Positions 53,360 to 62,739 of a stretch of DNA of 64,000 bases are shown piece after piece. The first letter of the stretch is position 1. Each line of letters starts with the position of its first letter. The translations under genes and the position numbers were made by a program. Under the pieces are notes generated by a model, which searched no databases, was not told the origin of the DNA, and worked only from the letters and a program-made list of their open reading frames with translations. Source of the DNA: Lachnospiraceae bacterium (GTDB lineage Bacteria > Bacillota > Clostridia > Lachnospirales > Lachnospiraceae); contig JAGDDE010000029.1 in assembly GCA_017958185.1 (NCBI GenBank), positions 29,972-93,971 on the forward strand, given 5' to 3'.

Positions 53360-54031
53360 ATGGCAGTACTCAGAGATCACCGAACCGTATCGATCGCCGA
53401 TCAGATATTCGAACAGCTGGAAAAAGACATCCTCTCCGGCCGCCACGCCCGGGGCGAGATCATCAGCGAGGCCAAGCTCTCCGCCGAGCTGGGCGTGAGC
53501 CGCACGCCCGTCCGCGAGGCCATCACCCGGCTGGTCCAGGAGCATATCCTTATCGAGAGCGGCCGCGGCCTCGAGGTCGTCGGCATCAGCCGCGAAGACA
53601 TGCTGGACATGTATGAGATCCGTATCCAGCTGGAAGGCGCCTGCGCCGCCCGCGCCGCCCGCAACGTGAGCGACGCGCAGCTCAAGGAAATGGAAGAAGT
53701 GCTGGAACTCCAGCGGTATTACATCGGGAAAGCCGGAGCGCCGGGCGCGTTTTCGGACGACATCAAGGACCTGGACTCCCGCTTCCACGGGCTCCTGTAC
53801 GAGGCCTGCGGGAGCATGGCCTACCGCGACACCCTGCTGCCCATGCACCGCAAGATGACCAAGTTCCGCAAGGCTTCCGTCAGTGTAAAGAGCCGCGCGC
53901 TCCAGTCCTTCCAGGAGCACGCCGCGATCCTGGAGGCGCTGAAGGCCCATGAGCCCGAACTGGCCCGCGTGCGGACCGTGCAGCACATCATCAACGCCCG
54001 CGACAACATCAAAAACATGCCGGAATTCTGA
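53360..54031 (+). CDS. GntR-family (FadR/FCD-type) transcriptional regulator
   Basis: wHTH ..ISEAKLSAELGVSRTPVREAITRLVQEHIL.. plus a helical FCD-like C-terminal domain. Confidence 0.9.
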   Translation: MAVLRDHRTVSIADQIFEQLEKDILSGRHARGEIISEAKLSAELGVSRTPVREAITRLVQEHILIESGRGLEVVGISREDMLDMYEIRIQLEGACAARAARNVSDAQLKEMEEVLELQRYYIGKAGAPGAFSDDIKDLDSRFHGLLYEACGSMAYRDTLLPMHRKMTKFRKASVSVKSRALQSFQEHAAILEALKAHEPELARVRTVQHIINARDNIKNMPEF

Positions 54032-54071
54032 CCCCGGTCCGCGATCATCCCGGAAAGACGAGGAAAATCAC

Positions 54072-55238
54072 ATGAACACTACGTATACTGAACAGATCGA
54101 CGCGGCGGTGCGCCATTTCCGCACCCTGCTGGAGGGCCAGCTGGCCCGCGAAGACCGCATGGAGCAGGCCGCTCCGGCCAAGGACTTCCTGCATCTGGAT
54201 ACGATCACCGTCGGCATCTGCGGCGGCGACGGAATCGGCCCCATCATCGTGGACAGCGCGCAGACCGTGCTGGAGCATCTGCTGAAGGAGCCGATCGAAC
54301 GCGGCCGCGTGATCCTGAAGCGGATCGAGGGCCTCACGCTCGAGAACCGTCTGGCGCACGGCCAGGCCGTTCCGGACGACGTGATGGCCGAGATCAAGAC
54401 CTGCGACGTGCTGCTCAAAGGTCCTACGACCACGCCTCAGGGCGCGAACACGCTCGGCAGCGCCAATGTGAAGATCCGCCGCGAGCTCGACCTCTACGCC
54501 AACGTCCGCCCGGTCCGGGTGCCGGAACTCGGCATCGACTGGTGCTTCTTCCGCGAGAATACCGAGGGCGAATACGCGCTCGGCGGCGACGGGATCGAGA
54601 TCCCGGACAAGCTGGCCATGGATTTTAAAGTGACCACCGACGCCGGCACCCGTCGCATCGCCCGGGCCGCCTTTGAATATGCCCGCGCCAACGGCAAGAC
54701 CAAGGTGGCCATCGTCACCAAAAACAACGTGATCAAAAAAACGGACGGGCGCTTCTCCCGCCTGTGCCACGAGGTGGCTGCGGACTATCCGGAGATCACC
54801 GCCGCCGATTATATCGCGGATATCGTGACCGCCAGCCTGATCGACCCCTACCGCCAGAAGGACTACGAAGTCTTCGTACTGCCCAATCTCTACGGCGACA
54901 TCATCACCGATGAGGCGGCCCAGCTGCAGGGCGGCGTGGGCACGGCCGGCAGTTCCAACCTGGGCGATCAGTACGCCATGTTCGAGGCGATCCACGGCTC
55001 GGCGCCGCGCAAGATCGAACGCGGCGAAGGCGCCTACGCGAACCCGACCAGCATCCTGCGGGCGGCGGAGTTCCTGCTGCGCCACGTGGGTCTCTTTGAC
55101 GAAGCCGACCGCCTGGGCAAAGCGCTCTCCGTCTGCTGCGAGACCGAAAAGGCCGTCGTCATCACCGGCCACCGCGACGGCGCGACCTGCGCCGAGTTCA
55201 CGGATTATCTGCTGAGAACACTGGAAAACGAGGGATGA
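54072..55238 (+). CDS. icd: Isocitrate dehydrogenase (isocitrate/isopropylmalate dehydrogenase family)
   Basis: Trimmed to ATG 54072 (GAGGAAAATCAC upstream). ..GGDGIGPI.., ..LKGPTTTP.., ..LYANVRPV.., ..FRENTEGEY.., ..NLYGDIITDEAAQLQGG.. motifs. Confidence 0.85.
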   Translation: MNTTYTEQIDAAVRHFRTLLEGQLAREDRMEQAAPAKDFLHLDTITVGICGGDGIGPIIVDSAQTVLEHLLKEPIERGRVILKRIEGLTLENRLAHGQAVPDDVMAEIKTCDVLLKGPTTTPQGANTLGSANVKIRRELDLYANVRPVRVPELGIDWCFFRENTEGEYALGGDGIEIPDKLAMDFKVTTDAGTRRIARAAFEYARANGKTKVAIVTKNNVIKKTDGRFSRLCHEVAADYPEITAADYIADIVTASLIDPYRQKDYEVFVLPNLYGDIITDEAAQLQGGVGTAGSSNLGDQYAMFEAIHGSAPRKIERGEGAYANPTSILRAAEFLLRHVGLFDEADRLGKALSVCCETEKAVVITGHRDGATCAEFTDYLLRTLENEG

Positions 55239-55242
55239 ACCC

Positions 55243-57549
55243 ATGATCAGACTGCATGACGGCGGGGTATATCTTGCCCGCGGGACCACGATCTGCGAAA
55301 CGACGGAAGAACTGTACGCCCGTACCGGCCTGACGGTAAGGGATGCCGCCGGCCGCGTACTCAGCGGCCGGGAAGCCCGGGTGCAGGCCGCACAGGGCAC
55401 CATGGCCCGGCGCATCCTGAATGCGCACGATCAAAGCGGCGACTCAGACCGTCTCGCGCTGACCTTTGACAGCCTGACCAGCCACGATATCACCTACGTG
55501 GGCATCATCCAGACGGCCCGCGCTTCGGGCCTGACCGAATTCCCCGTGCCCTACCTGCTCACCAACTGTCACAACAGTCTCTGCGCGGTGGGCGGGACTA
55601 TCAACGAGGACGACCATAAATTCGCGCTTTCCGCCGCTCACCGCTACGGCGGCATCTACGTGCCCGCGCATCTGGGCAACATCCACAGCGTCAACCGCGA
55701 GCTGATGGCCGCCTGCGGCAAAATGATCCTGGGCTCCGACTCCCACACCCGCTACGGGGCGCTGGGCTGCATGGGCGTGGGCGAAGGCGGCGGCGAACTG
55801 GCCAAGCAGCTCCTGCGGCGCACCTATGACTTTGCCCATCCGCCGGTCGTGGCGGTCTATCTGAGCGGGAAGCCCCGCCCCGGCGTGGGCCCGCACGACG
55901 TGGCGCTCTCGCTGGTCGGCGCGGTCTACAAAAACGGCTATGTGAAGAACAAGGTCATGGAATTCGTGGGGCCCGGCATCGCTTCGCTCTCCGCGGAATA
56001 CCGCAACGCGATCGACGTGATGACCACCGAGACCACCTGCTGGAGTTCCGTCTGGGAGACTGACGAAGAGATCCGCCGCTACTATACGGTCCACGGCCGC
56101 CCGGAAGCCTTTGCCGAACTGCATCCGGACGAAGTCGCCTGGTACGACGGCTGCATCTTTGTGGATCTGGACACCGTCGAATGCACGATCGCGCTGCCCA
56201 TGCACCCTTCCAACACCTACACGATCCGCGAACTGCAGGAGAACGCGGCCGATATCCTGAACGAGACGCAAAAGGCCATGAACGCGCAGATCCGGGGCGC
56301 TTCCTTCGATCTTATGAGCAAGCTGGGGAGCGACGGGCGCATCCGCGCCGATCAGGGCGAGATCGCCGGCTGCGCCGGCGGCACCTTTGACGGGATCCTG
56401 GCGGCGGCGGATATCCTGCGCGGCCGCTCGATCGGCAACGGCGCTTTCTCGCTGAGCATCTATCCCGGCAGCCTGCCCGCCTGCGCGGCACTGGTGAAAA
56501 ACGGCGCCGTCTCCGACCTGATCGCCGCCGGGGTCATCCTCCGCGAATGCTTCTGCGGACCGTGCTTCGGCGCGGGCGACTGCCCGGCCAATGGCGAGCT
56601 TTCCCTGCGGCACACCACGCGCAACTTCCCCAACCGCGAAGGATCCAAGCCCGACGAAGGCCAGATGGCCGCCGCCGCGCTCATGGACAGCCGTTCCATC
56701 GCCGCTACGGCGGCAAACGGCGGCGTCCTTACCGCCGCGACCGATCTGGATATCGACTATACCGTGCCGGAATACGTTTTCGACGCGGGCATTTACGAAA
56801 AGCGGATCTACAACGGCTGGGGCCGGCCGGAGCCGGAGCATGAACTGCGCCTGGGACCGAATATCAAGGACTGGCCCGCCATGCCGGCGCTCTCCGAGGA
56901 CATGCTGGTGAAGATCTGCAGCTATATCGACGATCCGGTGACCACGACGGACGAGCTCATCCCTTCCGGCGAGACCTCCAGTTACCGCTCCAATCCGGAG
57001 CGTCTGTCCGAATTTGCCCTGTTCAAGCGCGATCCGGGCTACGCCGGGCGCAGCAAGGTACTGCGTAGCTGGGACCGTGAACGCCTTGCCACGGGCCGTG
57101 TCCCGGAAGAAGCGGCCGCCGTATACGCGGCGCTTTCCGCCGCCGGCATCGCCTGCGATCCCGCCGCCACCAACCTCGGCTCCGCGATCTTTGCCAATAT
57201 GCCCGGTGACGGTTCCGCCCGCGAACAGGCGGCTTCCTGCCAGCGCGTGCTGGGCGCCGGCGCAAACTTTGCCCGCCAGTACGCCACCAAGCGCTACCGC
57301 TCCAACTGCATCAACTGGGGCATGGTGCCCTTTTTGGTCGACGATCCCTCGCTTCTTTCTCTCGGCGATTACGTTTTCGTCCCGCAGATCCGCGAGGCGG
57401 TCCTGGAAAACCGCGCGACGATTCGCGCCTACTGCGTAAAACCGGACGGCCGGGTGATCCCCTTCGATACCTCCACCGGGCCCCTGACCGGTCCCGAGCG
57501 GCAGATCATCGCGGACGGCTGCCTGATCAACTACTATAAAGAACACTGA
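55243..57549 (+). CDS. Aconitate hydratase (aconitase-family hydratase)
   Basis: Fe-S ligand regions GSDSHTRYG and CFCGPCFG, plus a swivel-domain-like C-terminus. ATG is 4 nt after the IDH stop (GAGGGA RBS). Confidence 0.85.
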   Translation: MIRLHDGGVYLARGTTICETTEELYARTGLTVRDAAGRVLSGREARVQAAQGTMARRILNAHDQSGDSDRLALTFDSLTSHDITYVGIIQTARASGLTEFPVPYLLTNCHNSLCAVGGTINEDDHKFALSAAHRYGGIYVPAHLGNIHSVNRELMAACGKMILGSDSHTRYGALGCMGVGEGGGELAKQLLRRTYDFAHPPVVAVYLSGKPRPGVGPHDVALSLVGAVYKNGYVKNKVMEFVGPGIASLSAEYRNAIDVMTTETTCWSSVWETDEEIRRYYTVHGRPEAFAELHPDEVAWYDGCIFVDLDTVECTIALPMHPSNTYTIRELQENAADILNETQKAMNAQIRGASFDLMSKLGSDGRIRADQGEIAGCAGGTFDGILAAADILRGRSIGNGAFSLSIYPGSLPACAALVKNGAVSDLIAAGVILRECFCGPCFGAGDCPANGELSLRHTTRNFPNREGSKPDEGQMAAAALMDSRSIAATAANGGVLTAATDLDIDYTVPEYVFDAGIYEKRIYNGWGRPEPEHELRLGPNIKDWPAMPALSEDMLVKICSYIDDPVTTTDELIPSGETSSYRSNPERLSEFALFKRDPGYAGRSKVLRSWDRERLATGRVPEEAAAVYAALSAAGIACDPAATNLGSAIFANMPGDGSAREQAASCQRVLGAGANFARQYATKRYRSNCINWGMVPFLVDDPSLLSLGDYVFVPQIREAVLENRATIRAYCVKPDGRVIPFDTSTGPLTGPERQIIADGCLINYYKEH

Positions 57550-57554
57550 CGGCT

Positions 57555-59156
57555 ATGAAGACCCTCTACTATAACGGTACAGTCTATCCGGGCGCTCTCC
57601 CTGCGGTGAGCGCCTTTGCGGTTGAAAACGGACGCTTCTGTTTTGCCGGCTCCGATGCGGACGGCTTTTCTCTCGGCTGCGAGGAGCGGATCGATCTGCG
57701 CGGACGCTTCGTCTGCGCGGGCTTCAACGACAGCCATATGCATCTTCTGGGCTTCGGCATGGCCCTGTCCCAGGCGGATCTGGCTTCGCACAGCGGCAGC
57801 CTGCAGGAAATGCTCGCCTTTCTGAAGGAGTTTGCCGCCGCTGCGCCCCCCGGGGCGTGGATCCGCGGGCGCGGCTGGAACCAGGATTATTTTACCGACG
57901 TTTGCCGCATGCCGGACCGCCGTGATCTGGATGCGGTCTTCCCGGACCGCCCCGTCGTGCTGATCCGTGCCTGCGGGCACTGTCTGGTCGCCAACAGCAA
58001 AGCGCTTTCGCTCTGCGGCATCACCGCGGATACGGTCTTTTCCGGCAGCGGCCGCATCGGCCGGGAGGAAAGCGGCGAGCCAAGCGGCCTGTTCTTTGAG
58101 GATGCGATGCTCCTGGTGACCGGCAGGATCCCCGTGCCGGACAAGGCCTCCGTCAAGGAGATGCTCCGCCGCGCCTGCCGCGCCCTCAACGGCTTCGGCA
58201 TCACCGCTGTCCAGTCGGACGACTTTTCCGCGCTCCGCAGTCTCTCCAGGCAGACCGTCATCGAGGCCTTCCGGGAACTGGAAGCGGAGGGCGGCCTCAC
58301 CGTCAGAGTCTATGAGCAGAGCAACATCCCGGACCTGGAGGAGCTGAAGCGCTTCCTGGCAGAAGGCGGGATGACCGGGAACGGGAGCGGCCTGTTTCGG
58401 TTCGGACCGCTCAAACTGATCGCCGACGGCTCGCTGGGAGCCCGGACGGCCTATCTGAGCGCCCCGTATGCGGACGATCCCTCCTCCCGCGGCACCCCGG
58501 TCTTCACGCAGGAAGCCCTGGAGGAGCTCATCGGCTTTGCCCACGCGCAGGGCATGCAGATTGCCGTTCACGCCATCGGCGACGCGGCGCTCGATCAGGT
58601 CCTGGATGCCGTCGAAAAGGCTCAGAGGGCCTTCCCGCGCGCGGACTGCCGCCACGGCGTGGTGCACTGCCAGGTCTCGCGGCCGGATCAGCTGCGACGT
58701 CTGGCCGCCCTCGGCATGCATATCTACGCTCAGAGCATCTTTCTGGACTACGATATCCGCATCGTCCCGCGTCTTCTCGGTCCCGAACGCGCCGCCTCCT
58801 CGTACTCCTGGAAAACGCTGTCCGATCTCGGCTGCAGCGTCTCGAACGGAAGCGACGCGCCGGTGGAGCTGCCGGACGTGATGGCCGGTATCCAGTGCGC
58901 GGTCACCCGCTGCACCCTGAAGGACGATCTGGGCCCGTATCTGCCCGATCAGGCCTTTTCCGTGCGAGAGGCGATCGATTCCTATACCCTTGCCGGCGCT
59001 TATGCCGCTTTCGAAGATCCGGTCCGGGGCCGCATCCGGCCCGGGCATTACGCGGATTTCACCGTTCTCTCCCGGGATCCCTTTGAGACCGCCCCCTTCT
59101 CGTTGAAGGACATCCGCGCGGAGGCAACGTATCTGGCGGGGGAAAGAGTGTTCTGA
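57555..59156 (+). CDS. Amidohydrolase (Amidohydro_3-type metal-dependent hydrolase)
   Basis: 533 aa. GFNDSHMHL metal-binding HxH and ..AVHAIGD.., ..GSDAPVE.. motifs. Confidence 0.85.
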   Translation: MKTLYYNGTVYPGALPAVSAFAVENGRFCFAGSDADGFSLGCEERIDLRGRFVCAGFNDSHMHLLGFGMALSQADLASHSGSLQEMLAFLKEFAAAAPPGAWIRGRGWNQDYFTDVCRMPDRRDLDAVFPDRPVVLIRACGHCLVANSKALSLCGITADTVFSGSGRIGREESGEPSGLFFEDAMLLVTGRIPVPDKASVKEMLRRACRALNGFGITAVQSDDFSALRSLSRQTVIEAFRELEAEGGLTVRVYEQSNIPDLEELKRFLAEGGMTGNGSGLFRFGPLKLIADGSLGARTAYLSAPYADDPSSRGTPVFTQEALEELIGFAHAQGMQIAVHAIGDAALDQVLDAVEKAQRAFPRADCRHGVVHCQVSRPDQLRRLAALGMHIYAQSIFLDYDIRIVPRLLGPERAASSYSWKTLSDLGCSVSNGSDAPVELPDVMAGIQCAVTRCTLKDDLGPYLPDQAFSVREAIDSYTLAGAYAAFEDPVRGRIRPGHYADFTVLSRDPFETAPFSLKDIRAEATYLAGERVF

Positions 59157-59249
59157 CGCGGCGCAGGCGGGGCCGGGGCGGCTCCTTTTCCGTCCGGACT
59201 GCCGGCTTTGCCGGAGAAGCCAATCTGTTGATATTTTACTATATTTCAG

Positions 59250-59278
59250 TTGCTTTCCGTCACGTTTTCGTTTATACT
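59250..59278 (+). promoter_or_regulatory. Sigma-A-like promoter upstream of the lipid-kinase gene
   Basis: TTGCTT - 17 nt - TATACT. Confidence 0.5.
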
Positions 59279-59312
59279 GAGGATATCAGCGGTCGAAAGC
59301 ATCATCGGCGAC

Positions 59313-59336
59313 CCGGGGCAGGAGCCCCGGTTTTTT
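59313..59336 (+). terminator. Intrinsic terminator hairpin lying between the predicted promoter and the lipid-kinase RBS
   Basis: CCGGGGC-AGGA-GCCCCGG followed by TTTTTT. Confidence 0.6.
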
Positions 59337-59374
59337 GTATGTGTTTCGGCCGGGAACGAAAAGGAGACTTTGTT

Positions 59375-60253
59375 ATGGCATCTGTTTGCATACTGTACAA
59401 TCCGGCCTGCTGCAGCGGGAAGGGCGAAGAAGCCGCCCGGGGGACCGCCCGCTTCTTTCCCGGAGACGAACTGATCTTTCGGGACATCCGCGGGATCCGC
59501 GACTATCCGGCCTTTTTTTCCGCGCTCGATCCCGGGATGCGCGTGATCCTCTGCGGCGGAGACGGCACACTCAACCGCTTTATCAACGACACCGACGGCC
59601 TTAGGGTCGCGCAGCCGCTCTTTTACCAGGCCTGCGGCACCGGCAACGACTTTCTGCGCGATATCGGACGCACGCCGGATGACGGGCCCGTGGAACTGGC
59701 GCCGTATCTGAAAGATCTGCCCTATGTGACGGTCGGCGGCAGGACCCTGCGTTTCCTCACTACCGTCGGTTTCGGCATCGACGGCTACTGCACCGAGGAA
59801 GGCGACCGTCTGCGCGCGGCCGGCAAAACAAACATCAATTACGCCGGAATCGCCATCAAGGGACTGCTCGGCGCGTTCAAGCCGGTGACCGCCACGGTCA
59901 CCGTCGACGGAAAGACCGAGACTTTCCGCAAAGCCTGGCTGGCGCCGACCATGAAGGGACGGTTCTACGGCGGCGGGATGATGGCTGCGCCCGCACAGGA
60001 CCGCCTGGACCCTCGGGAGACGCTCTCCGTCGTCCTCTTCTACGGCAAAGGCAAACTGAAGACCCTGATGGCCTTCCCTTCCATTTTCCAGGGGGAACAT
60101 ATCAAACACAGCGACATGGTCAGGATCCTGACCGGCCGGGAGATCACCGTGCGATTCGACCGTCCCTGCCCGCTGCAGATCGACGGCGAGACGGTCTCCG
60201 GCGTGACCGAATATCACGTGTGCACCGCCTCCCTCCGCTGCGCGCGCCGCTGA
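59375..60253 (+). CDS. Diacylglycerol kinase-family lipid kinase (YegS/DagK-like)
   Basis: Trimmed to ATG 59375 (AAAGGAG RBS). GGDGTLN motif (LCGGDGTLNRF). Confidence 0.85.
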   Translation: MASVCILYNPACCSGKGEEAARGTARFFPGDELIFRDIRGIRDYPAFFSALDPGMRVILCGGDGTLNRFINDTDGLRVAQPLFYQACGTGNDFLRDIGRTPDDGPVELAPYLKDLPYVTVGGRTLRFLTTVGFGIDGYCTEEGDRLRAAGKTNINYAGIAIKGLLGAFKPVTATVTVDGKTETFRKAWLAPTMKGRFYGGGMMAAPAQDRLDPRETLSVVLFYGKGKLKTLMAFPSIFQGEHIKHSDMVRILTGREITVRFDRPCPLQIDGETVSGVTEYHVCTASLRCARR

Positions 60254-60339
60254 GACAACAAGAGCCTGTACAGACAGTTTTCTTTTCCGCAGAGCCGTGG
60301 TACAATGGAACCCGGAAACTGTCTTTCCGGGGAGGAACT

Positions 60340-60888
60340 ATGACCGAGATCTCCTTTTTCCAGGGCGAGCTGCTCCTAACGGCTGTTTGGATCGCCGTAC
60401 GCGCCTGCGTCTGGCTCAGACAAAAACATATCGACGGAAAGCGGGAACTGGCCCTGCTGCTGATGTATGTCAACCTGTTCGTGCTGATCCGCATCACGTT
60501 CTTTCCCGCCGCTCTGTCGGACGGGCGGGTCCAGCCGCTCATCTTTGATCCGGAGAAAGTCTTTCCGCTGCGTGTCAACTTCGTCCCGTTCGTCCGGCTG
60601 CTGGACTTCCGCTACCGGTGGATGATGCTGCTCAACGTGCTGGGCAATGTGGCCCTGTTCATCCCCACCGGGATCCTTATGCCGCTGCTGTGGCCAAGGC
60701 TCGACCGCTTCCCGCGCACCGTGGCAGCAGGCCTCGGGCTGTCCCTGTGCATCGAGCTGCTGCAGCTGCCCTTCTACGCGCGGGTCTCGGACATCGACGA
60801 TCTCATCATGAATACCCTCGGCGCCGCTGCCGGCTACGGGATCCTGGTCCTGGCGCGGCGGCTGCTGAAAAAGAAAACGGACCGATAA
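60340..60888 (+). CDS. VanZ-family membrane protein
   Basis: Trimmed to ATG 60340 (GGGGAGG RBS). Four TM segments with ..ELLQL.....SDIDDLIMNTLGAAAGY.. typical of VanZ. Confidence 0.85.
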   Translation: MTEISFFQGELLLTAVWIAVRACVWLRQKHIDGKRELALLLMYVNLFVLIRITFFPAALSDGRVQPLIFDPEKVFPLRVNFVPFVRLLDFRYRWMMLLNVLGNVALFIPTGILMPLLWPRLDRFPRTVAAGLGLSLCIELLQLPFYARVSDIDDLIMNTLGAAAGYGILVLARRLLKKKTDR

Positions 60889-60960
60889 CCGGCTTCGGGA
60901 CCGGGGAGGCGCTTCGCTGCGAAGCCGCCTCCTTTTTTTGAAAAAAATCGAAAAACTATG

Positions 60961-60998
60961 TTGACAGGCGACATATATCGTGGTACGATATAGTCGCC
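60961..60998 (+). promoter_or_regulatory. Promoter (TTGACA-17-TACGAT) overlapped by inverted repeat GGCGACATATATCG / CGATATAGTCGCC
   Basis: Read directly. Further CGACA(T/C)AT copies at 61001 and 61016. Likely a PadR autoregulatory operator. Confidence 0.55.
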
Positions 60999-61038
60999 GG
61001 TCGACATATCGGCCGGCGACACATGAAAGGAGGCGCTT

Positions 61039-61350
61039 ATGAAGAGACGCGAACCACTCTCGGAAAGTTATTTCTACATTCTGCTGTGTCTGGCGCGGGG
61101 CGACAATCACGGCTACGGGATCATGCAGATGACGGAGAAACTCTCCGGGGGCGAAGTGACCATCGGCTCCGGCACCATGTACGGCGCCACAGACAATATG
61201 ATGAAGAAGGGCTGGATCCGCGAGATCCTCTCCGGCGGTCCCGGTCAGGACCGGCGAAGACTGTACCATCTGACAGACGAGGGCTGCGAAGCGCTGCAGG
61301 CCGAGATCGCACGGCTGCGCCGGATGCTGAACAACGCAGAGGAGGAATGA
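61039..61350 (+). CDS. PadR-family transcriptional regulator
   Basis: 103 aa. ..FYILLCLARGDNHGYGIMQ..GTMYGATDNMMKKGWI.. wHTH pattern. Confidence 0.9.
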   Translation: MKRREPLSESYFYILLCLARGDNHGYGIMQMTEKLSGGEVTIGSGTMYGATDNMMKKGWIREILSGGPGQDRRRLYHLTDEGCEALQAEIARLRRMLNNAEEE

Positions 61351-61352
61351 CC

Positions 61353-62258
61353 ATGTCCAAAGAGACCAAACGCACTTTCACCTTCTATTCCGCCTGGGAC
61401 TACGAACGGGAAGAAAAAGATCTGGACCGCGCGTCCGAGCAGGGCTGGCAGCTGCTCAAGGCAGGGCTCTTTTCCAGCAAATTCGTAAAAAATCCCGATC
61501 TCCGCTACCGCTACCAACTGGACTACCGGGAGATCGAAGACAAAGCCCGCTACCTGGAGACCTTCCGGGAGCAGGGCTGGGAATATGTGGATTCCACCTT
61601 CAACGGCTGGCATTACTTCCGCAAAGTTTACGATCCCGATCTGCCCGAAGAGGCCTACCGGATCTTCACGGACGAAGAATCCCTTCGGGAGATGAACGGA
61701 CGCTGGATCCGTCTGGCGCTGGGCATGGGAGCGGTCATCGGCGCTTTTCTGCTCGCTTATCTGGTCTGGATGATCCTCCGGCCGAAACTGCCGACCCTCT
61801 TCTTCCTTCTCTCATTCCTCCTGCTGTCGGTCATGCTGGTCCGGGGCGCGCTCGTCATGAAAAGATCGGAAACGCGGCGTGCCCGGTCCCATGAGGGCGC
61901 CATATTCCTGACATTCATAGCAGCCATCCTTCTGTGTCTGATCACCGGCACCGTGCTGGCGGCCCTCCGTCCCTCCATGAACAGCGATATGCAGGCCGGC
62001 TCGGTCGATCGGCCGATCGTCGACGAACGCTGGAACGAATTCTCCGCGCCCTATACGGACTTCTACTATCTGGATCTGGAGTTCGAGGCTCCTGTCCCCA
62101 TGACCTTCCGGGTCCTCGACAAACAGGGCGGCGTCGTTTACTCGGCCTCCGGCGTCAGTTTCTGCGAAAAAGGCATCCGCCTGCGGCTCCCCCGCGGCAC
62201 CTACGAATTCTCCATGGACGTAAGCTCCGGCTACCGTCTGGACTTAAAGATCCGCTGA
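61353..62258 (+). CDS. DUF2812-like membrane protein (usual PadR partner)
   Basis: Starts 2 nt after the PadR stop, or ATG 61347 overlapping it. ..YEREEKDLDRASEQGWQL.. N-domain followed by TM helices. Confidence 0.8.
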   Translation: MSKETKRTFTFYSAWDYEREEKDLDRASEQGWQLLKAGLFSSKFVKNPDLRYRYQLDYREIEDKARYLETFREQGWEYVDSTFNGWHYFRKVYDPDLPEEAYRIFTDEESLREMNGRWIRLALGMGAVIGAFLLAYLVWMILRPKLPTLFFLLSFLLLSVMLVRGALVMKRSETRRARSHEGAIFLTFIAAILLCLITGTVLAALRPSMNSDMQAGSVDRPIVDERWNEFSAPYTDFYYLDLEFEAPVPMTFRVLDKQGGVVYSASGVSFCEKGIRLRLPRGTYEFSMDVSSGYRLDLKIR

Positions 62259-62275
62259 TCCTTCGATCAAAATAA

Positions 62276-62299
62276 GGCCCGGCAGTTTCCTGCCGGGCC
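62276..62299. terminator. Bidirectional terminator
   Basis: GGCCCGGCAG-TTTC-CTGCCGGGCC perfect 10-bp stem. Confidence 0.7.
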
Positions 62300-62319
62300 G
62301 TTCTGGTTTTTGCGGACCG

Positions 62320-62718
62320 TTAAGACAGAAGATCCTCGCCGGGTCCCATCACGGCGATCTCCACCGCCGCAGCATTTTCCAGCCGGAACATCATCAGGCG
62401 GTGTCCGGTCTGCTCGTTGTAGATGCTCCGAAGAGCGGGCGAAGCCTCCAGGGCCGCCTCGGCGTATTTCGGGTCGTCCTCAAAGACCGCCGTCCCGGTG
62501 TAGCGCAGCCAGTGCCCATTAGGCTTCACCGCCGCGATCTCGCAGCGGGGATCGGCCTTCAGCTGCCGGGTGACGTCCTTGAAATCGCCGATGCCGAAAA
62601 GCAGTTTTCCGTCGATCTCCAGATGCAGGCCGAGCGGACGAAGCTTCGGCTGCCCGCCGTCCTTCGTCGCCAGGAAAAAGACGCCCGCTTCGGTCAGAAA
62701 ATCATTGACCTTGCTCAT
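62320..62718 (-). CDS. Pyridoxamine 5'-phosphate oxidase-like FMN-binding split-barrel protein
   Basis: 132 aa. ..VFFLATKDGGQPKLRPLG.. pattern. Confidence 0.8.
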   Translation of the reverse strand: MSKVNDFLTEAGVFFLATKDGGQPKLRPLGLHLEIDGKLLFGIGDFKDVTRQLKADPRCEIAAVKPNGHWLRYTGTAVFEDDPKYAEAALEASPALRSIYNEQTGHRLMMFRLENAAAVEIAVMGPGEDLLS

Positions 62719-62739
62719 AAAAACTCCTTCCGGGGCGTT

